Origin: an uncultured virus (IMG/VR IMGVR_UViG_3300033148_003715)
Taxonomy: Duplodnaviria; Heunggongvirae; Uroviricota; Caudoviricetes
Direction: 5' to 3' (one strand)
IMG/VR virus record: IMGVR_UViG_3300033148_003715
Length of the DNA stretch: 64,000 bases
Both the position numbers and the translations under genes were made by a program. Positions 60,734 through 64,000 of the stretch are shown piece by piece. The notes beneath the pieces are model-generated. The model was given only the letters and a program-made list of their open reading frames with translations, was not told where the DNA came from and did not search any database. Numbering within the stretch: position 1 is the stretch's first letter; each line of letters starts with the position of its first letter.

Positions 60734-61036
60734 CTACCCCTCCCAGCCCGGCTTGACCACATAGGACCAGGCTCGGATCAGGGCGGTATCGACGAAGCCG
60801 TCCTCGCTGTCGAACCGGTAGAGGTGGGTGCCGTCGTCCCATAGGCGGTCGTAGATGGTGGTCCCGTCTTGGGTCTCGATATGGACCTGCTTGCGGCCGA
60901 AGTGGACCTCGTCGAGGAAGTCGGCGACGAGGTCGCGGAGCCGGGCCGCGTGGCCCGCGTTGCCTTTGGTGTCGGCGGTGTCGGCGGTGTCGGCGGCAGC
61001 GAGGACCCGGTCAAGGTCGGCGTCGGTCAGAGTCAT
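60734..61036 (-). CDS. Hypothetical protein
   Basis: ORF downstream of promoter K. Confidence 0.55.
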   Translation of the reverse strand: MTLTDADLDRVLAAADTADTADTKGNAGHAARLRDLVADFLDEVHFGRKQVHIETQDGTTIYDRLWDDGTHLYRFDSEDGFVDTALIRAWSYVVKPGWEG

Positions 61037-61038
61037 GC

Positions 61039-61173
61039 TTATCCTACGATCGTGGTGAGGGCCATGCGGGCGAGGGTCATCAGGGCCGTCCGGGACCCGG
61101 TCACCGTGTGAGTGAGGACCCAGGTCTCGACCGTGATCAGTGTCTTTGTCGTCTTCGTTACCGCGTTGCTCAT
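61039..61173 (-). CDS. 44-aa protein, absent from the ORF track
   Basis: MSNAVTKTTKTL..., leaderless. Confidence 0.5.
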   Translation of the reverse strand: MSNAVTKTTKTLITVETWVLTHTVTGSRTALMTLARMALTTIVG

Positions 61174-61179
61174 ACCCAC

Positions 61180-61208
61180 GTTATAGCCGTGTTGTAGCCC
61201 CCTCGCAA
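61180..61208 (-). promoter_or_regulatory. Repeated promoter K
   Basis: TTGCGA-N17-TATAAC-N6-ATG(61173). Confidence 0.85.
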
Positions 61209-61264
61209 TGGGTCAAATCAGATTCTCCTGAGATTCTCATAACCCTATTGCAGCTAAGACTCGG

Positions 61265-61282
61265 GTTTGGGATATCCCAAAC
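61265..61282. repeat. 18-bp palindrome copy 17
   Basis: Exact match, upstream of promoter K. Confidence 0.95.
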
Positions 61283-61379
61283 CCGCCCGAGCCCCAGGAG
61301 GACCCCGGGACCCGAGAGGCTCCCTGGGTCGGGGTCCTCGAGCCGGGGTCCGCCATGGGCCCCGGAGGGCGTCTGGGAC

Positions 61380-63224
61380 CTATCCGGCGAGAGCTTGGCG
61401 ACGGCGGATCTCTCGCCGGACCCGTTGGTACTCGGCCGAGAGCACCAGGGCCCGCTCGTGGTCCCCGGACCGCTCCCAGACCCGCATGGCCGTCACGAGG
61501 GCCCGCCCCTTCTGTTCGAGGGCGTCGAGCGGAGCAGCCCGGACCTGAGCGAGCCGGGACGCCTCTTTGATGATCGCCTCCCCGGCCGGGCACTCGGTCG
61601 AGCCCCGGACGCTCTGGCCGGGGAGCACGAACACGGCCTCCACGATCCCCTTGGGCGGGGCCGGGGCGTCAGGGATCGGATCCTCTTGAGTCTTCTCTCC
61701 CACGACCCGCGCCCGGACCTCAATCAGGGCCGCGTGCTTCTTCCGCTTCTTGAACACGGCCAACGCGAGGGCCCAGAACTTGTCTGCGTGATGGAACCGG
61801 TTCCGAACCGCGTCGAAGATCGCGTTACCAGCCGAGGTGATCTTCTGCTTGATCGAGTGGATCTGGGCGATCAGGGATCGGTCTCGGGGTAGGACCAGAT
61901 TCCGTTCCTGGAGTAGGATCTTGACGTTGTTCGCCATGGCCTCCTTGGACTGGCGGGTGAAGTCGATCTGGACAATCTTCCGACCGAATCGCTCCTGAAG
62001 ATCCTCCGCGAGATTCTTCCCCATGCCGGTGGAGTCGATCCTGAACCTGCGTAGGTTCTCCCCGAGGGCCTCGACGACTCGGATCAGGCGGGCGCGTTGC
62101 TTCGGGAACGGCGTTTCCCGGTACTGCTCCTGGTAGCGGAGCGTGTAGGTCTCGCCCTGCTTCTCGAAGATCGTCAGCTCGCTCGGGTGTTTGCTCCGCC
62201 CGACGTCGAACCCGGCGAACAGGCGGCCGAGCTTGGGGGCCACCTGGACGAGCTGGTCGAGGTTGTCGTAGATGGGGATCTTACTCGCGTCTTTCTGACA
62301 GCACGGGAGGATTAGATCGTATGCGAAGAACGAGACGCGCTCGTCCTGCCACGCGCATTCGAACTCCTGCCGGAAGTCTTCGATCGGGAGCGCGTTGAAC
62401 TGGTCCTGGAGTTCGCCTGTCCCGTACCGCTCAACGCGCAGCTCGGTCGGGAGCGTCTCGGCGAGGGCGCAGAGATTGGGGTCGTCTACGATCTTCGAGA
62501 AGTGTTTGCACAGCCACCACGGGACGCGCTGTCGCCAATAGCCCGCGTACTCGACTGGGTCGGTGTGGATGGCGTGGAACGTGCCGCGCTTGCCAAGCGG
62601 GGTTGACCCGACCGTGAGCTGGCCGCCCGAGCGGGAGATCAGGGCCGTCGCGCCCGCGTAGATCAAGCGATCGTTTTGGCAGTGCCCAAGCTCGTCCAGG
62701 TAGACGTCGCCACTCTTCCCCCGGGGAGGCTTGGCCGGGTGGGAGACGACTCGGCTGACCCGGCGCCTCGATGAGTTGCTCTCGAATCCCACGACGGTCT
62801 TGGAGTCGATCACCATCTTCTTCTGGAACTCGAGCGGAAGCTCGTCGTGTAGTTCTTTGACGAGCGCGACCTTCTCCTTGGCGTCGTCGAGGTTGTAGCT
62901 GACACAGACCGACATGTGCCGGTCCTTGAGGTGGCAGCGCGAGAGAGATTCGCAACTGATCCCGAACGAGAATCCGATCTGCCGACACTTGAGCTGGGAG
63001 CGGAATCGCGACTTGTTCGTCAGGAACGCGAGCTGGAACGGGTCGAACTCGAGCCCCTTGCCTTCAAAACACCCAAGAGCGATCAGCCACCCGACCTCTG
63101 TGCTGAGGAGGTCCTTGGGGTCCATGCCCCAGCCCTCGAGGATCCCTGCTGCCCGCCCGGTCTGTTTCTTCAGCCAGCGACCGAACTCCCACTCGTCGCG
63201 CTTCACGATCCCACCGACAGCCAT
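61380..63224 (-). CDS. terL: Terminase large subunit (Mu gp28-like)
   Basis: LKCRQIGFS, VYLDE, GSTPLG, GFDVGR, IDSTGMG, HADKFWALALA. Confidence 0.9.
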   Translation of the reverse strand: MAVGGIVKRDEWEFGRWLKKQTGRAAGILEGWGMDPKDLLSTEVGWLIALGCFEGKGLEFDPFQLAFLTNKSRFRSQLKCRQIGFSFGISCESLSRCHLKDRHMSVCVSYNLDDAKEKVALVKELHDELPLEFQKKMVIDSKTVVGFESNSSRRRVSRVVSHPAKPPRGKSGDVYLDELGHCQNDRLIYAGATALISRSGGQLTVGSTPLGKRGTFHAIHTDPVEYAGYWRQRVPWWLCKHFSKIVDDPNLCALAETLPTELRVERYGTGELQDQFNALPIEDFRQEFECAWQDERVSFFAYDLILPCCQKDASKIPIYDNLDQLVQVAPKLGRLFAGFDVGRSKHPSELTIFEKQGETYTLRYQEQYRETPFPKQRARLIRVVEALGENLRRFRIDSTGMGKNLAEDLQERFGRKIVQIDFTRQSKEAMANNVKILLQERNLVLPRDRSLIAQIHSIKQKITSAGNAIFDAVRNRFHHADKFWALALAVFKKRKKHAALIEVRARVVGEKTQEDPIPDAPAPPKGIVEAVFVLPGQSVRGSTECPAGEAIIKEASRLAQVRAAPLDALEQKGRALVTAMRVWERSGDHERALVLSAEYQRVRREIRRRQALAG

Positions 63225-63314
63225 GGTGCCTCCGGTCCTATACAGCCTACAATACGACAGGCGGGTGCTTGAACACCCGCCTGCCAACCACGGGACCTGA
63301 AGAGGAGGTCGACC

Positions 63315-63878
63315 ATGGCCGAGAGAGATCGTAGCACGCGATCTTGCGAGCACTGCGGGGGTCCAATCAAGCGACGTCACTACTCCGAGAAGAGATATGC
63401 GCGGTCCCGGTTCTGCTCGCGCAAATGCTCCAACCGACACAGGTTCTCGAGGCCTCTCTGGGATCGGCTCTGGTCGAGGGTTGAGCGCGGCCCCGGCTGC
63501 TGGGTCTGGACTGGCTGCAGGTCGAAGTGGGGCTACGGACAGATTGGATCGAAGGGTCGTATGGCGAGGACTCATCGCGTGAGTTGGGAACTCACGAGGA
63601 ATCGGCCCGTGCCCGAGGGTCTTCATGTTCTACATCGTTGTGATAACCCGCCTTGCGTCCGACCTTCTCACCTGTATGTAGGAACGGATCTGGACAATGC
63701 TCGGGACCGAGTAGCCCGGGGTCGAAGTTGGACCAAACTCACCAAGGCAGACGTGGTCGAGATCCGTGAGCGAGCAGCCAGCGGTGAGTTCCAGACGAGC
63801 TTGGCACTCGAGTTCGGAGTTACTCAGCCAGTGATCAGTCACATAGTCCACCGGAAGAACTGGAAGCATGTTCCATGA
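63315..63878 (+). CDS. HNH homing endonuclease
   Basis: CWVWTG...GYG...THRVSW...VLHRCDNPPCVRPSHL..GT..DN. Confidence 0.9.
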   Translation: MAERDRSTRSCEHCGGPIKRRHYSEKRYARSRFCSRKCSNRHRFSRPLWDRLWSRVERGPGCWVWTGCRSKWGYGQIGSKGRMARTHRVSWELTRNRPVPEGLHVLHRCDNPPCVRPSHLYVGTDLDNARDRVARGRSWTKLTKADVVEIRERAASGEFQTSLALEFGVTQPVISHIVHRKNWKHVP

Positions 63879-64000
63879 GCAAGACCACAAAGAGGAGGAG
63901 CTGCGACAAGCGGACCTCGCGCGGAGTCTGCCGAGAGATCGTCGCCCGGCTCGCCGTGGTCGAGTACTGCCCCGCCGCGCGGGCCAAGCACTGCGCGCCC

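Noticed and set aside
60971..60996. 9-bp tandem repeat GTCGGCGGT
   Set aside because: In-frame ADT repeat; ordinary slippage
1837..61282. Palindromes or promoter repeats as a CRISPR array
   Set aside because: Copies are hundreds to thousands of bp apart and separated by genes; there are no uniform spacers and no cas genes
1..64000. DGR, retron, integrase or transposase
   Set aside because: No reverse transcriptase, recombinase or DDE motifs were recognised in any ORF

Overview
This window is part of a large, high-GC dsDNA tailed-phage genome; no host housekeeping genes are visible. From 1 to about 50.8 kb genes run on the + strand, and from about 51.2 to 63.2 kb on the - strand. Recognisable genes are an intein-bearing SbcC/Rad50 split into two halves, SbcD/Mre11, endonuclease VII, uracil-DNA glycosylase, four methyltransferases, dCMP deaminase, a 5'(3')-nucleotidase, HNH endonucleases, HTH proteins, two GNATs, a lipoprotein and a Mu-gp28-type terminase large subunit, among many small hypothetical ORFs. 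The strongest unexplained signals are: (1) 17 copies of an 18-bp palindrome GTTTGGGATATCSCAAAC, with a ParB-like HTH protein lacking the CTPase domain as candidate binder; (2) 11 promoter cassettes (TTGYGR-N17-TATAAC-N6-ATG), 8 of which carry a second in-frame, SD-led ATG 33-39 nt downstream; (3) GC-periodic arms next to these sites; (4) a tRNA-like RNA behind one promoter; (5) five otherwise divergent proteins sharing an N-terminal 'SDxxLRxLER' module. All family assignments come from recognising motifs by eye; no searches were run.
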